Part shown: positions 40,840-51,232 of the stretch, one piece after another
How positions within the stretch are numbered: position 1 is the stretch's first letter
Layout: each line of letters starts with the position of its first letter
Assembly: GCA_034670305.1 (NCBI GenBank)
Contig: JAXMNT010000004.1
Location: forward strand, 96,001-160,000
Direction of reading: 5' to 3'
Length of the DNA: 64,000 nucleotides
From: Deltaproteobacteria bacterium
Lineage (GTDB): Bacteria; Myxococcota_A; Polyangia; Polyangiales; Houyiibacteriaceae
Translations under genes and position numbers: made by a program
The notes under the pieces: generated by a model
The model's database searches: none
Told to the model about the DNA's origin: nothing
What the model saw: only the letters and a program-made list of their open reading frames with translations

Positions 40840-42126
40840 TCAGACGATGGGATCGGTGGGATCCGCCGCGACCTCGCCGGCCGCCACGCTCAAACGGACC
40901 GTGCAGCCGTCCGGCTCCGCCTGTACTTCGAGGTCGCCGCCGTGGGCGAGCGCGATGCGCCGGACGAGCGAGAGCCCCAGCCCGAGGCCGGTCTCTCCGT
41001 GCCCGTCGTGGTCCCCCCGGCTGAACGGCGCCGCGAGTTCCAAGTCGAAGCCCGGTCCGCCGTCGCGCAGCTCGAACGCGGTGACCGCACCATCCACGAC
41101 GACTTCGAGGGAGACGAGGCCACCCCCGTGGCGTTCCGCGTTGTCGATGAGGTTCGCCAGTGCGCGGGCGAGCAGGGTCGCGTCGCCAACCACCTGGGCG
41201 TCGCCATCGACCTGCAGCAGCCCAGCGTCGAGGCCTTGCCGTTCCAGCGCGCGGCGCGCCAACTCGACCGCATCGAGCGGCCGGCGGTCGACGTCCTGGA
41301 AGTCGAGTCGGGAGCGCACGAGCAACTCGCCGACCAGGTCGTCCATCTCCGCGACCTCCCGCTCGAGTTCTTCGATCGCGTTCTCGTCGCCTTCGCGCGC
41401 GAGCTCCAGCAAGAGCCGAATGTGACCGAGCGGGGTGCGCATCTCGTGGGAGACCGCGGCGAGCAACTCGCGCTGCTCCGCGAGTTGTCGACCGATGCGC
41501 GCCGCCATCTCGTTCACCGTCGTGGCCAGCAGCCCTTCCTCGCCGTGGTAGCGGTGCGAGACCCGGGCCTCGAGATCCCCTTCGCCAATCTTCTTGGCGA
41601 CCCGCGCCACTTCGCGGAGCGGCCGGCCGAGCCGGGCCGCGAGCACCCCGCTGAGCCCCATCAAGACGAACACCGCGAGACCCAGCGCGAGAAACACCGG
41701 GCCGTGCGGCGGACCAGGGCCGCGCAGGCACGCGACCACCGAACCGCGTCCCGGCACCACCACGCGGTGGGGCGCGCGGCAGGTCTGGCCGCGTCGGAGG
41801 ACGCGGCCGTCCACGTCCAGCAAGGTCAGGTTCACGTCGAGGTCGCGCGCCACCGCGTCGGCGAGTTCTTCCCGGGCTTCGACGTCGTCCCACACCTGCT
41901 CGAAGCGCCCGGCCGCGAACGACTGCAATCGCTGAAGCGATTCCTCCCAGCGTTTGCCCCCGCTGATCTGCATCACGAGCCCGACCGTGCATCCGGTCGC
42001 CGAGATCGCGAGCACGAACCAGAGAAACAAGCGTCGCCGCAGCGTGTGGCGGTGTTTGCGCCACCGCCGCCAGCCGCGCCGCCGGTGCGGACCGCGGGGG
42101 CCGTGTCCGTGTCCGTGTCCGCGCAT
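40840..42126 (-). CDS. HAMP sensor histidine kinase
   Basis: Two TMs, HAMP, SHEMRTPL H-box, NLIDNAERHG, DGGPG, GLGLGL. Confidence 0.94.
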   Translation of the reverse strand: MRGHGHGHGPRGPHRRRGWRRWRKHRHTLRRRLFLWFVLAISATGCTVGLVMQISGGKRWEESLQRLQSFAAGRFEQVWDDVEAREELADAVARDLDVNLTLLDVDGRVLRRGQTCRAPHRVVVPGRGSVVACLRGPGPPHGPVFLALGLAVFVLMGLSGVLAARLGRPLREVARVAKKIGEGDLEARVSHRYHGEEGLLATTVNEMAARIGRQLAEQRELLAAVSHEMRTPLGHIRLLLELAREGDENAIEELEREVAEMDDLVGELLVRSRLDFQDVDRRPLDAVELARRALERQGLDAGLLQVDGDAQVVGDATLLARALANLIDNAERHGGGLVSLEVVVDGAVTAFELRDGGPGFDLELAAPFSRGDHDGHGETGLGLGLSLVRRIALAHGGDLEVQAEPDGCTVRLSVAAGEVAADPTDPIV

Positions 42127-42788
42127 CAGTCGCTTCCGATCACGTAGCCGATGCCGCGCACGGTGCGGATGCGGGTCTTGCCGATCTTCCGACGCAGCTT
42201 GGACACGTGCACGTCGACGGTGCGCTCGCCCACGACTTCGTCGCGTCCGGCCGCGCGCAAGAGCGCGGCCCGCGGCACCACGCGACCGGCCCGCCGCATC
42301 AATGCGACCAGCAGGTCGAACTCGAGCCCGGTCAGCTCGATGTCGCTGCCTTCGACCCGCGCACGGCGCGCGCCCACTTCCACCTCGACCCCGCTGCTGC
42401 TCAGCCGCTCTTCGCTGAGCTCCGGTCGCATGCGCCGGAGCACGGCGCGCAGCCGCGCCAAGAGTTCCCGTGGGCTGAAGGGTTTTGGCACGTAGTCGTC
42501 CGCGCCGAGCTCCAGGCCCACCACCCGATCGGTTTCGTCGCCACGAGCGGTCAGCATGATCACCGGAATGGAGGTGTCCGCGCGCATGCGGCGCAGGACC
42601 TCCAGCCCGTCGATGCCGGGCATCATCACATCGAGCAACACGGCGTCGAACGCGTCCTCGCGCAGGTTGGCGAGGCCGGCTTCGCCACTCGACGCGTGCT
42701 CGAGCGCCACCCCGTGCGGACGGAGAAAACGCTCGAGCAGCTCGAAGAGCCGCTGGTCATCGTCGATGAGCAGCACGCGCGTGGCCAT
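42126..42788 (-). CDS. OmpR-family response regulator (CpxR-like)
   Basis: VLLIDDD, LLDVMMPGIDG, GADDYVPKPF, winged helix RTVDVHVSKLRRKI, TVRGIGY. Confidence 0.95.
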   Translation of the reverse strand: MATRVLLIDDDQRLFELLERFLRPHGVALEHASSGEAGLANLREDAFDAVLLDVMMPGIDGLEVLRRMRADTSIPVIMLTARGDETDRVVGLELGADDYVPKPFSPRELLARLRAVLRRMRPELSEERLSSSGVEVEVGARRARVEGSDIELTGLEFDLLVALMRRAGRVVPRAALLRAAGRDEVVGERTVDVHVSKLRRKIGKTRIRTVRGIGYVIGSD

Positions 42789-42796
42789 GCTCCCTT

Positions 42797-43228
42797 CTAC
42801 TCGATCCTTGGCATGCCCGCGCGGTGCGCCGCGACGGGCGGTGCGTCCTGTCGAACACCCGGTCGGACAGCCTGTGCACCACCCTGCACACCAGGCTGCA
42901 CGCCATGCGCTTGGTCCGCGCCGGGCGGCGGTTGACGCGGCGGGTGTCCACGTCGGGGGTGGCGATGACGTCGGCGACGATCCGGTCGACAGCCGGGCTC
43001 GGCTTCTTCGGCAGTGGTCACCCGGACCACCGGTGTGGGCGCCGTGGCAACCTGCTGCTGTTCGAGCCGCGCAGCCGCTTGCAGACAGACGTTCGCCACG
43101 TGCTGTTCGAAGCGGGCACGCCGCTCGTGGTGGCAGCCGTGCCGCACATGCGCGAAGCCGGAGGCGAAGCCGCCCACGGTTCCGACGGAGAAGAATGCGA
43201 TGAGCGCGCGCCGCTTCCAGACATTCAT
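42797..43228 (-). CDS. Small exported hypothetical protein
   Basis: N-terminal hydrophobic segment, His-rich; ATGA overlap with the upstream gene. Confidence 0.55.
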   Translation of the reverse strand: MNVWKRRALIAFFSVGTVGGFASGFAHVRHGCHHERRARFEQHVANVCLQAAARLEQQQVATAPTPVVRVTTAEEAEPGCRPDRRRRHRHPRRGHPPRQPPPGADQAHGVQPGVQGGAQAVRPGVRQDAPPVAAHRAGMPRIE

Positions 43229-43716
43229 CGGTACGGCCCCATGAACACGTGGTGTCCGCCGGAGTCGCCGCCCCATCGGCCACCGAAACGGCGCAACAGC
43301 CGTCCCAGCTCCGAACGTTGTTCGTCGTCGAGCGACTCGTGCACGGTGCGCAGTCCCTCCTTCAGAGACACGCGCAGCCGCGCCAGCCGCGCGTCCTGGT
43401 CTTCGAAGAGCGCGTCGATCGGCCCTTCGTCGAACACTTCACCGGTCAGCACGTCGCGGGCAGTGCCCTTCGCCTCGCCGAACGATCCGCCGAAGTTCTG
43501 GAACTCGTCCATCACATCGCGCACCGCTTGGCGAATCGCCTTCTCTTGGCCGGGGCTCGTGTCGAGTCGCTCGAACAAGAACCTCAGCTTGTGGCCAGGA
43601 CCGCCGTGACGGCCCCGGTGTCGTCCGCCACGAAAGCCTCGATGGCCGCAGCGTCCATGTCGCAGCACCTTGACGAGCCCGTACAGACTCAAAGCGCCAA
43701 TCAAAAATCCGAACAT
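43225..43716 (-). CDS. Spy/CpxP-like (LTxxQ) periplasmic adaptor / heavy-metal-sensor family protein
   Basis: GGAGG RBS; N-terminal TM then His/Gly/Arg-rich segment; LDTSPGQ and LDDEQR motifs. Confidence 0.7.
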   Translation of the reverse strand: MFGFLIGALSLYGLVKVLRHGRCGHRGFRGGRHRGRHGGPGHKLRFLFERLDTSPGQEKAIRQAVRDVMDEFQNFGGSFGEAKGTARDVLTGEVFDEGPIDALFEDQDARLARLRVSLKEGLRTVHESLDDEQRSELGRLLRRFGGRWGGDSGGHHVFMGPYR

Positions 43717-43883
43717 TGGTGAACCTCCATGTGAGAACCAGCCTGGGGTCGCCATGTGGAGGAAGTGCGTGCGCCAACATGAAGAAGTGTGAAGCCGTCC
43801 TGAAAAATCGTTGATGTTCCTTGGTAACGGAGGCCGCGGAGGCGCGACGCAGCACAAACCCCTCGACAGGTGGCTTGGCTGAA

Positions 43884-43932
43884 CTCAGACTTCGGGTCAG
43901 ACTCTGACTTCCGGTCATTGGAAGACCGGTCA
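43884..43932. promoter_or_regulatory. Tandem palindromic operator-like sites (TGAC-N5-GTCA) upstream of TetR
   Basis: AGACTTCGGGTCA, TGACTTCCGGTCA and a third degenerate copy ending CCGGTCA just before the ATG. Confidence 0.55.
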
Positions 43933-43936
43933 CAAT

Positions 43937-44602
43937 ATGACTTCAAGTACAGCCACGACGCTAACCCGCCGAGAACGCGAAAAAATCGCCCGTCGAGAAG
44001 CCATCCTCGATGCGGCCCAGGAGGTCATGAAGGCCTCGGGGGTGCACGGGCTCAAGATGGACGACGTCGCCCGCAAGGCCGAGCTCAGCAAGGGCACGCT
44101 CTACCTCTACTTCAGCGGCCGGGACGCGCTGCTCGCGGGCGTCGCCCTGCGCACCATGGCCAGCATCGGACCCATGCTCGAGGAAGCCGCGCAGTCTGAG
44201 AACGGGCTGGAGCGGCTGCTGACGATTCAGCGTTTGATCCGCGCGCATCTGCGGAGTCTTCCGCACGCGTTTCGGTTGATGGTGGAGTGGATGCTCGAGC
44301 TCGACATCGACGATCAGAGCCCCGAGTTCCAGGCGTACCGCGAGCGCATCGCCTCGGTGCGCGGGGCGATCATCGACGCGATCGAGCAGGGCAAAGAGGA
44401 CGGCTCCATCCGAACCGACCTGCCCGCCCTCCCCCACGGCATGCATTTCTGGGCGACCACCGTCGGGGTGGCGCTCTTCGAACGTTCCCCCACCGCGATG
44501 GCCAAACGCATCGGCCATCCCGTCGACCTCGAAGCACTGGAGCGTCTCCACGAAGACGTCTTCCGCCGCGCGTTCGCGCCCTCGCCCCAAGACGACCGAT
44601 GA
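43937..44602 (+). CDS. TetR/AcrR family transcriptional regulator
   Basis: ILDAA...KMDDVARKAELSKGTLYLYF HTH. Confidence 0.95.
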   Translation: MTSSTATTLTRREREKIARREAILDAAQEVMKASGVHGLKMDDVARKAELSKGTLYLYFSGRDALLAGVALRTMASIGPMLEEAAQSENGLERLLTIQRLIRAHLRSLPHAFRLMVEWMLELDIDDQSPEFQAYRERIASVRGAIIDAIEQGKEDGSIRTDLPALPHGMHFWATTVGVALFERSPTAMAKRIGHPVDLEALERLHEDVFRRAFAPSPQDDR

Positions 44603-46077
44603 AACTCCCTTCCTTCTCCCCCATCGCGCTGCTGCTCGCCGCGTCGCTCGGTTGCCTTCCCCACAGCCGCGTCGAAGAACCCGAGCCCGTGCTCGATCTG
44701 CCGCCCACGTTTGGCGGCGCCGAGATCCCTGGTGCGCAAGCCAGCGAAGAGACCGCCGATTCCCGTTGGTGGCTCCGCTACGAGGATCCCGAACTGCATC
44801 GGCTGATCACCGAGGCGCTCCAGAGCAACCTCTCGCTCCGCGCCCGTTGGGTAGCGATTCAACAGGCGCAAGCGCTCGCGACGCAAGCCGCTGCCGCCCG
44901 CTACCCCACCGTCGCGGCCCAGGGACGCGCAAGCTACGGGCGCAACATCTCGGCGTTCGCAACCACCGAGAGCGTCAACCTGAGCGCGTCGTTGCCGGTC
45001 ACCTACGAGGTCGATCTCTTCGGTCGCTGGCGGGGCAACGCCGAGGCGGCCAACGTCGAAGTCGAGGCCACCCGCTACGACGTGCAAGCGCTCGCCATCT
45101 CGACCTCCGCGCAGGTCGGCGAGGCCTGGTACTCGCTGGTCGACGCCCGCGCCCGGCTGGCGCTCTTGACCACCCAGCACGAGACCGACGAGACCTTCCT
45201 CGAACTCGTGCGGCTCCGCTTCGAGCAAGGGCTCGCCTCGGCGGTCGATGTGCACCAACAGCGGCTCCAGTCCGCCGCTTCGCTCCAGCAGGTCGACGCG
45301 GTCACCTCGGAGATCGAGCTCGCCCACCAACAGCTCTCGCTCTTGCTCGGCCGGCGCGCCTCGGATGTGCAAGTCGCCGAGATCGCCCAGTTCCCCGAAC
45401 TCGGCGACACCCCGGCGCGCGGCGCGCCCGCCGACGTCGTGTGGGCACGCCCCGATGTGCGCAGCGCGCAAGAACGGGTGCGCGCGAGCGACTGGCGCAT
45501 CGGCTCGGCCATCGCGAGCCGCCTGCCCTCCATTCGTCTCGATGTGACGCCCGGCTACTCGTGGCAGCGCAACGAGCTGAGCGGCAGCATGTTCGGGACC
45601 GGTGAGCCCACCATCGCCCATGGGTTCATCTTCAACGCGGGCGCCACCCTGAACGTGCCGCTGTTTGACGGGTTCGCGGGACGCGGGGCCGTCGAGCAAC
45701 AGCAAGCCGCGCTCCAGCAACAGGTCGAAGTGCTCTCCCAGACGGTGCTCTCTGCACTGCTCGAGGTCGAAGGCGCCATCGTGCAGGAAGCGCAGCAGGT
45801 CCGCACCATCGAGCTGCTCGAGCAGCAACTCGAGATCGCCGGACAGACCCTCGAGAGTGCCCGCGAGCGCTACCGCGGCGGCTTGAGCGACTTCTTGCCG
45901 GTGCTCACCGCGCTTCAGGCCCAGCACCGGGTGGAGCTGAGCACCCAACTCGCCCGCCGCCAGCTCATCTCTCGCCGCATCCAGCTCCACCGAGCGTTGG
46001 GCGGCGACTGGCCCGACTCGCTCGAGGCCCCGCGTCCCACGGAGCTCCGCGACGGGGCGGAAGGATCCGAATCGTGA
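44599..46077 (+). CDS. TolC/NodT-family outer membrane efflux lipoprotein
   Basis: Lipobox SLGC, WW..Y.DPEL..LI..AL..N, YEVDLFG, RPDVR.A, LHRALGGDW. Confidence 0.93.
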   Translation: MKLPSFSPIALLLAASLGCLPHSRVEEPEPVLDLPPTFGGAEIPGAQASEETADSRWWLRYEDPELHRLITEALQSNLSLRARWVAIQQAQALATQAAAARYPTVAAQGRASYGRNISAFATTESVNLSASLPVTYEVDLFGRWRGNAEAANVEVEATRYDVQALAISTSAQVGEAWYSLVDARARLALLTTQHETDETFLELVRLRFEQGLASAVDVHQQRLQSAASLQQVDAVTSEIELAHQQLSLLLGRRASDVQVAEIAQFPELGDTPARGAPADVVWARPDVRSAQERVRASDWRIGSAIASRLPSIRLDVTPGYSWQRNELSGSMFGTGEPTIAHGFIFNAGATLNVPLFDGFAGRGAVEQQQAALQQQVEVLSQTVLSALLEVEGAIVQEAQQVRTIELLEQQLEIAGQTLESARERYRGGLSDFLPVLTALQAQHRVELSTQLARRQLISRRIQLHRALGGDWPDSLEAPRPTELRDGAEGSES

Positions 46078-47321
46078 ACACCAAGACCATCCTCAAGGGT
46101 GTGCTGCCCGTCGTGATCCTCGCTGGCGGCTTCGGTCTGATGAAGCTGATGATCGCGACCAAACCCGAAGCCGAGCGCCGCCCCCAACAGGACGAAGCGC
46201 TGCTGGTGGAGGTCGTCGAGGTGCACGCCACCCAAGAGACCGTGACCCTCACGCTGCAAGGCCAACTCCTGCCGGCCCGCCAGGTCGTACTCGTCCCCGA
46301 AGTCGGCGGGCGCGTTCAATCGATGAGCGAGAACCTGGTGCCCGGCGGCCGGTTCGCACAAGGCGAGACCATGCTCCGGGTCGACGGCCGCGACTACCGC
46401 TTGGCGGTCGACTCCCGCGGGGCCGAGGTCAACCGCGCCGAACTCGAACTCCAGCTCGAACAAGGCCGGCAGGTGGTCGCGCAGCGCGAGTGGCAAGCGT
46501 TCGGCGCGCCCGAAGCCGCCGAAGGCGGGAGCGAACAAGGCCGCGCGCTGGCGCTCCGGCAACCGCAGGTCGAGACCGCGGAGGTCGGGGTCCGGTCGGC
46601 CCGCAGCGCCATCCAGCAAGCGCGCTTGAACCTTCAGCGCACCACCCTGCGTGCGCCGTTCAACGCGATGGTGATGATGGAGAACGTCGACGTCGGACAG
46701 CTCATCGGGCCGAGTTCCCAGGTCGCGACGCTGGTCGGCACCGACGAGTTCTGGGCCCGGGTATCGGTCCCGGTCGCGCAGCTCGCGCACATTCGATTCC
46801 CCGACCGCGACGGCGAAGGGTCGCCCGCGGTGGTCTGGCAGATGATCGGAGGCCAGCGGGTGCAGCGGGCTGGCCGGGTGGTGCGGCTGCTTCCCGACGT
46901 CGACCCGATCGGCTCGATGGCGCGCGTGCTCATCGCCATCGAAGACCCGCTCGCGCTCGCGGAAGACAACGACTCGTTGCCGATGCTGCTCGGCTCGTTC
47001 GTGCAGGTGGAGATCGCTGCCGGGGTGCTGGAAGACGTCATCGAAGTGCCGCGCTTCGCGACCCGCGACGGCAACCGCGTGTTCGTGATGGGTTCGGATT
47101 CCAAGCTGGAGATCCGGCCGATCGACGTCGCGTGGAGCCGTGAGGACAGCGTCTTGGTCCGCGCATCCTCCGGCGAAGGCAGCGGACTTCGGGCCGGCGA
47201 GCGCATCGTGACCAGCCGGGTGCCGACGCCGGTCGCCGGCCTTCCACTGCGGGTGGCCGAGGCGGCGCCCCAACGCGCCGCCGCCGACGGTGCCGGTGAC
47301 GCGGCCGAGGCGACGCCGTGA
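46074..47321 (+). CDS. RND efflux periplasmic adaptor (membrane fusion protein)
   Basis: N-terminal TM, PEVGGRV, coiled coil, LRAPFNA, VDVGQ. Confidence 0.93.
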   Translation: MNTKTILKGVLPVVILAGGFGLMKLMIATKPEAERRPQQDEALLVEVVEVHATQETVTLTLQGQLLPARQVVLVPEVGGRVQSMSENLVPGGRFAQGETMLRVDGRDYRLAVDSRGAEVNRAELELQLEQGRQVVAQREWQAFGAPEAAEGGSEQGRALALRQPQVETAEVGVRSARSAIQQARLNLQRTTLRAPFNAMVMMENVDVGQLIGPSSQVATLVGTDEFWARVSVPVAQLAHIRFPDRDGEGSPAVVWQMIGGQRVQRAGRVVRLLPDVDPIGSMARVLIAIEDPLALAEDNDSLPMLLGSFVQVEIAAGVLEDVIEVPRFATRDGNRVFVMGSDSKLEIRPIDVAWSREDSVLVRASSGEGSGLRAGERIVTSRVPTPVAGLPLRVAEAAPQRAAADGAGDAAEATP

Positions 47322-50300
47322 GCTCCGACGGCGATCAGGACGTGCTTCCCGAGGGCACGGAGCCGCCCAAGCCTCCGGAGGGAACCGCCCGCATCGGCGA
47401 CGGGCCCTACCGCGACGGCGAACACGTCGAAGAGAAGCTCGACACCGGCGGCATCCTCGGATGGTTCACCACGAACCGCGTCGCAGCGAACGTGCTGATG
47501 GCGATCATCCTCATCGGTGGCCTCGTCATGATGCTCACCCAGGTGAAGCAAGAGGTCTTCCCCGAGGTCGAGATCGAGATGGTGCTCATCAACATCCCCT
47601 ACCCCGGCGCGTCGCCCGAGGAAGTGGAGCAGGGGGTGGTGCTCGCGGTCGAAGAAGCGGTCCGCGGACTCGACGGTGTCAAAGAGGTGCGCGGCACCGC
47701 GAGCGAAGGCATGGCCGTCGTCGCGGTGGAGCTCTTGCTCGGCGCCGACAAGGACCGCGCGCTCAACGACGTGAAGAGTGCGATCGACCGGGTGACCTCG
47801 TTGCCCGAAGACGTGGAGCGTCCGGTGGTCGCGCTGGCCACCAACCGCCGGCAGGCGATCAGTTTGGTGCTCTACGGCGACGTCGAAAATGCCGAGTCGG
47901 TGCTGCACGATCTTGCCGACCAGGTGCGCTTCGACCTGCTGGCCAAAGACGACATCACCTACGTGGAGATCAGCGGCACCCGTCCGCTCGAGATCTCGGT
48001 GGACGTCTCGCAGGAACAACTGCGGGCCCACCGGCTGACGCTCGGCGGTGTCTCGCAAGCCATTCGCGCCGCCTCGGTCGAGATCCCAGGCGGCGGCGTC
48101 AAGACCCGCAGCGGCGAAGTACTGCTTCGCACCACCGAACGCCGCGACACCGCCGCCGAGCTCGAGTCGATCGCGATTCGCAGCCGGGCAGACGGAAGCT
48201 CACTGAGGCTCGGCGACTTCGCCACCGTCACCGACGGCTTCCGGGAAGAAGACCGCGCGTCCTACTTCAACGGCGAACGCGCCGTGATGATCGACGTCTA
48301 CCGGGTGGGCGACCAGGGTCCGATCGAAGTCAGCTCCGCGGTCCACGACTACATCGCGAACGAGCTGCCCGGGCGTCTGCCCCCCGGCATGCAGGCCGCC
48401 GCGTGGAACGACTCGTCCGAAGTCTACGCGGACCGCATCGACCTGCTCAGCCGCAACGCGAAGGTCGGCCTCATCCTGGTGTTGCTCGTGCTCGGGCTCT
48501 TCCTCGAACCGCGCCTGGCGTTCTGGGTCACGCTCGGCATCCCGATCAGCTTCGCCGGCTCGCTCTTGTTCCTGCCGACGATGGACGTGTCCATCAACAT
48601 GATCAGCCTCTTCGCGTTCATCGTGACCTTAGGCATGGTCGTCGACGACGCGATCGTGGTCGGGGAGGCGATCTATCAAAAGCGATCCGAGGGCATGGGC
48701 CTCTTGCCCGCGGCGCTCGCGGGCGTGCGCGAAGTCGCCATCCCGGTGTGTTTCTCGATCGCCACCACCTGCGTCGCGTTCGCGCCGATGCTCTTCGTGC
48801 CGGGCGTGAGCGGCAAGTTCTTCCGCAACATCCCGCTCGTGGTCATCGCGGTGCTCTTGATCTCGCTGGTCGAGTCCTTGCTGATTCTCCCCGCGCACCT
48901 TTCGCACAAGATGCCGTGGTTCCTCCGGGTGCTGCTCGCCCCGCTGCTCATGCCGATGGAGCTGCTCGGCAAACTGCGCATCGACAAGGGCCTCGGCGTC
49001 TTCATCCGCAAGGCGTACCAGCCGGTCCTGGAGATGGCCCTTCGCTGGCGCTACGCGACCTTCGCGCTGTGTTGCGCCCTCGCCCTCGGCACCTGCGGCT
49101 TGCCCGCAAGCGGACGACTCCAGTTCACGTTCCTGCCGAAGATCGAAGGCGACGTGATCAACGCCACCCTGCGCATGCCGGTGGGCACCTCGGTCGAAGA
49201 GACCCAGCGCCACCAGCAGCGCATGGTGAGCGCCGCCCAGGAAGTGCTGGGCGAGCACGGCGGCGAGGACATCCTGCGCGGACTCTTCTCCGAGGTCGGC
49301 GCGGCGAGCGGTGCGGACAGCGGACCGATGGGCGGCGGCGCCAGCTCCGGAAGCCACCTCGCGACCGCACGCGTCTTCCTCGTGCAGAGCGACCAACGCG
49401 AAGTCGAGACCGCCGCGTTCGCCGAACAGTGGCGCGAGACCATCGGCGAGATCCCGGGCGCCGAAGCGATGTCCTTCAGCTACTCCATCGGTGCGAGTGG
49501 CGGCGCGCCGATCGACATCCAGCTCAGCCACCCCGACCCCGAGGTGCTGGAGAACGCCGCCGAACGGTTGGCCGCGCAGCTCAGCGGGTATCCAGGCCTG
49601 CGGGACATCGAGAGCGGCGTGAGCATCGGCAAAGAGCAGCTCGACCTGACTTTGACCGACGAGGGCCGCGCCCGTGGTCTCACCGAAGCTGGCCTGGCCC
49701 GCCAGGTCCGCGACTCCTTCTTCGGCAGCGAAGCCGTCCGCCAGCAACGCGGACGCGAAGAGTTGCGGGTCTACGTGCGCCGACCGGAATCCGAACGCAC
49801 CTCGATGGCCGACATCGAGAACCTCGTCGTGCAGACGCCGGACGGAGGCGAGATGCCGCTCGCGCACGCCGCGCACATTCGTCGCGGCCGCGCCTACACG
49901 ACGATCAAACGCACCGACGGAAGACGCGTGGTCGCGGTCACGGCCGACATCGTGATGGGGGTTGGCAACGCGAACCAGATCGTCGGCAGCCTCACCGAGA
50001 ACGAGCTGCCCGCGCTGCTCGCCGATGTGCCGGGCCTGACCTACGAGATGGGCGGCGAGCAGAAGGAGCAAGCCCGCTCGATGCAGTCGCTTCTGTACGG
50101 GCAGATGTTCGCGTTCATCATCATGTTCGGCCTGCTCGCGGTTGTGTTCCGCAGCTACGTGCAGCCGCTGATCATCATGCTCGGCGCGATCCCGTTCGGC
50201 GTGGTCGGCGCCATCTGGGGACACGTGTTCATGGACTACGGGCTGAGCATGATCAGCATGATGGGCATCGTCGCGCTCAGTGGTGTCGTCGTGAACGACT

Positions 50301-50665
50301 CGCTGATCTTGATCGACTCCATCAACCGCTTCCGCCGCGAAGGCGCCAAGGTGTGGGACGCGGTGGTCAATGGCGGCACCCGACGGTTCCGGCCGATCCT
50401 CTTGACCTCGCTCACCACGTTCTTCGGCCTCGCGCCGATGATCCTCGAGCCCTCGGTGCAGGCCCGCTTCCTGGTGCCGATGGCGATCTCCCTCGGCTTC
50501 GGCGTGCTCTTCGCGACCGTGATCCTCTTGGTGCTCGTGCCCGCGAGCTACCTCATCGTGGAAGACATGCGCAACGGCACCGGCAAACTCTCGAAGCGCT
50601 TCGGCAAGCACTTCAAGACCCCGAACCCCACCGCCGCCCCCATCGGAATCGAACCCGCCGAGTAG
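47318..50665 (+). CDS. RND efflux transporter permease (AcrB/AcrD/AcrF family)
   Basis: YPGASPEEVE, GMVVDDAIVVGE, RFRPILLTSLTT; two-fold 12-TM architecture. Confidence 0.96.
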   Translation: MSSDGDQDVLPEGTEPPKPPEGTARIGDGPYRDGEHVEEKLDTGGILGWFTTNRVAANVLMAIILIGGLVMMLTQVKQEVFPEVEIEMVLINIPYPGASPEEVEQGVVLAVEEAVRGLDGVKEVRGTASEGMAVVAVELLLGADKDRALNDVKSAIDRVTSLPEDVERPVVALATNRRQAISLVLYGDVENAESVLHDLADQVRFDLLAKDDITYVEISGTRPLEISVDVSQEQLRAHRLTLGGVSQAIRAASVEIPGGGVKTRSGEVLLRTTERRDTAAELESIAIRSRADGSSLRLGDFATVTDGFREEDRASYFNGERAVMIDVYRVGDQGPIEVSSAVHDYIANELPGRLPPGMQAAAWNDSSEVYADRIDLLSRNAKVGLILVLLVLGLFLEPRLAFWVTLGIPISFAGSLLFLPTMDVSINMISLFAFIVTLGMVVDDAIVVGEAIYQKRSEGMGLLPAALAGVREVAIPVCFSIATTCVAFAPMLFVPGVSGKFFRNIPLVVIAVLLISLVESLLILPAHLSHKMPWFLRVLLAPLLMPMELLGKLRIDKGLGVFIRKAYQPVLEMALRWRYATFALCCALALGTCGLPASGRLQFTFLPKIEGDVINATLRMPVGTSVEETQRHQQRMVSAAQEVLGEHGGEDILRGLFSEVGAASGADSGPMGGGASSGSHLATARVFLVQSDQREVETAAFAEQWRETIGEIPGAEAMSFSYSIGASGGAPIDIQLSHPDPEVLENAAERLAAQLSGYPGLRDIESGVSIGKEQLDLTLTDEGRARGLTEAGLARQVRDSFFGSEAVRQQRGREELRVYVRRPESERTSMADIENLVVQTPDGGEMPLAHAAHIRRGRAYTTIKRTDGRRVVAVTADIVMGVGNANQIVGSLTENELPALLADVPGLTYEMGGEQKEQARSMQSLLYGQMFAFIIMFGLLAVVFRSYVQPLIIMLGAIPFGVVGAIWGHVFMDYGLSMISMMGIVALSGVVVNDSLILIDSINRFRREGAKVWDAVVNGGTRRFRPILLTSLTTFFGLAPMILEPSVQARFLVPMAISLGFGVLFATVILLVLVPASYLIVEDMRNGTGKLSKRFGKHFKTPNPTAAPIGIEPAE

Positions 50666-50674
50666 GCGGGTTCG

Positions 50675-50709
50675 CCCTTGCCCGTGCCCGTGCCCTTGCC
50701 CGTGCCCTT
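50675..50709. repeat. Short hexamer tract (CCCTTG/CCCGTG)
   Basis: Same units as at 15326 and 57996. Confidence 0.7.
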
Positions 50710-50743
50710 CGTTCGTGGTCTGGGTCGCGCACGGGTCCCCAAC

Positions 50744-51232
50744 TCAAGGCATCTCGACCACAGAAGCCGCCGTATCGAGTAGGTGCATGAGCTGTTCGCG
50801 GTCCCGCGCGTTCAGCGCTGTGCCGCGCGCCCTCAACGCAGCGACCAACCGCACGACCTCGTCCTCGCGGCCGCCCTGATACGCGATGCCCTGAAGCACC
50901 CGAGCCGCCGCCACATCGCGCCCGGCGGCCATCAGCGCATCCACCACATCCAGATCTCGCGCCTGCGCGACCGCCGCGAGGAGCGAAACCAGTTCTGGCT
51001 CGAACTCTGAGGCCGCGAGCAGTTCCCGCAGACAGAACTCCACCGTGGCGCGCGGGCGAAGATGAACGAGCAGACTGCGCACCGGCTCGTGCCCCCCACG
51101 GGCCGCGTGACGCGTCGCGGAGAGGATGACCTCCTCGCCCAACAGCTCAATCGCCAAGAGCCGACCTGCCTCGCTCGACCCCTGGTCGGTGGGCAGCCCG
51201 AGTTGTTCGACGAGTGCGTCCCAGTCGATCAC
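50744..51232 (-). CDS. Hypothetical protein
   Basis: GTG start overlapping the cyclase stop; protein-like helical sequence (IDWDALVEQLGL...). Confidence 0.55.
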   Translation of the reverse strand: MIDWDALVEQLGLPTDQGSSEAGRLLAIELLGEEVILSATRHAARGGHEPVRSLLVHLRPRATVEFCLRELLAASEFEPELVSLLAAVAQARDLDVVDALMAAGRDVAAARVLQGIAYQGGREDEVVRLVAALRARGTALNARDREQLMHLLDTAASVVEMP

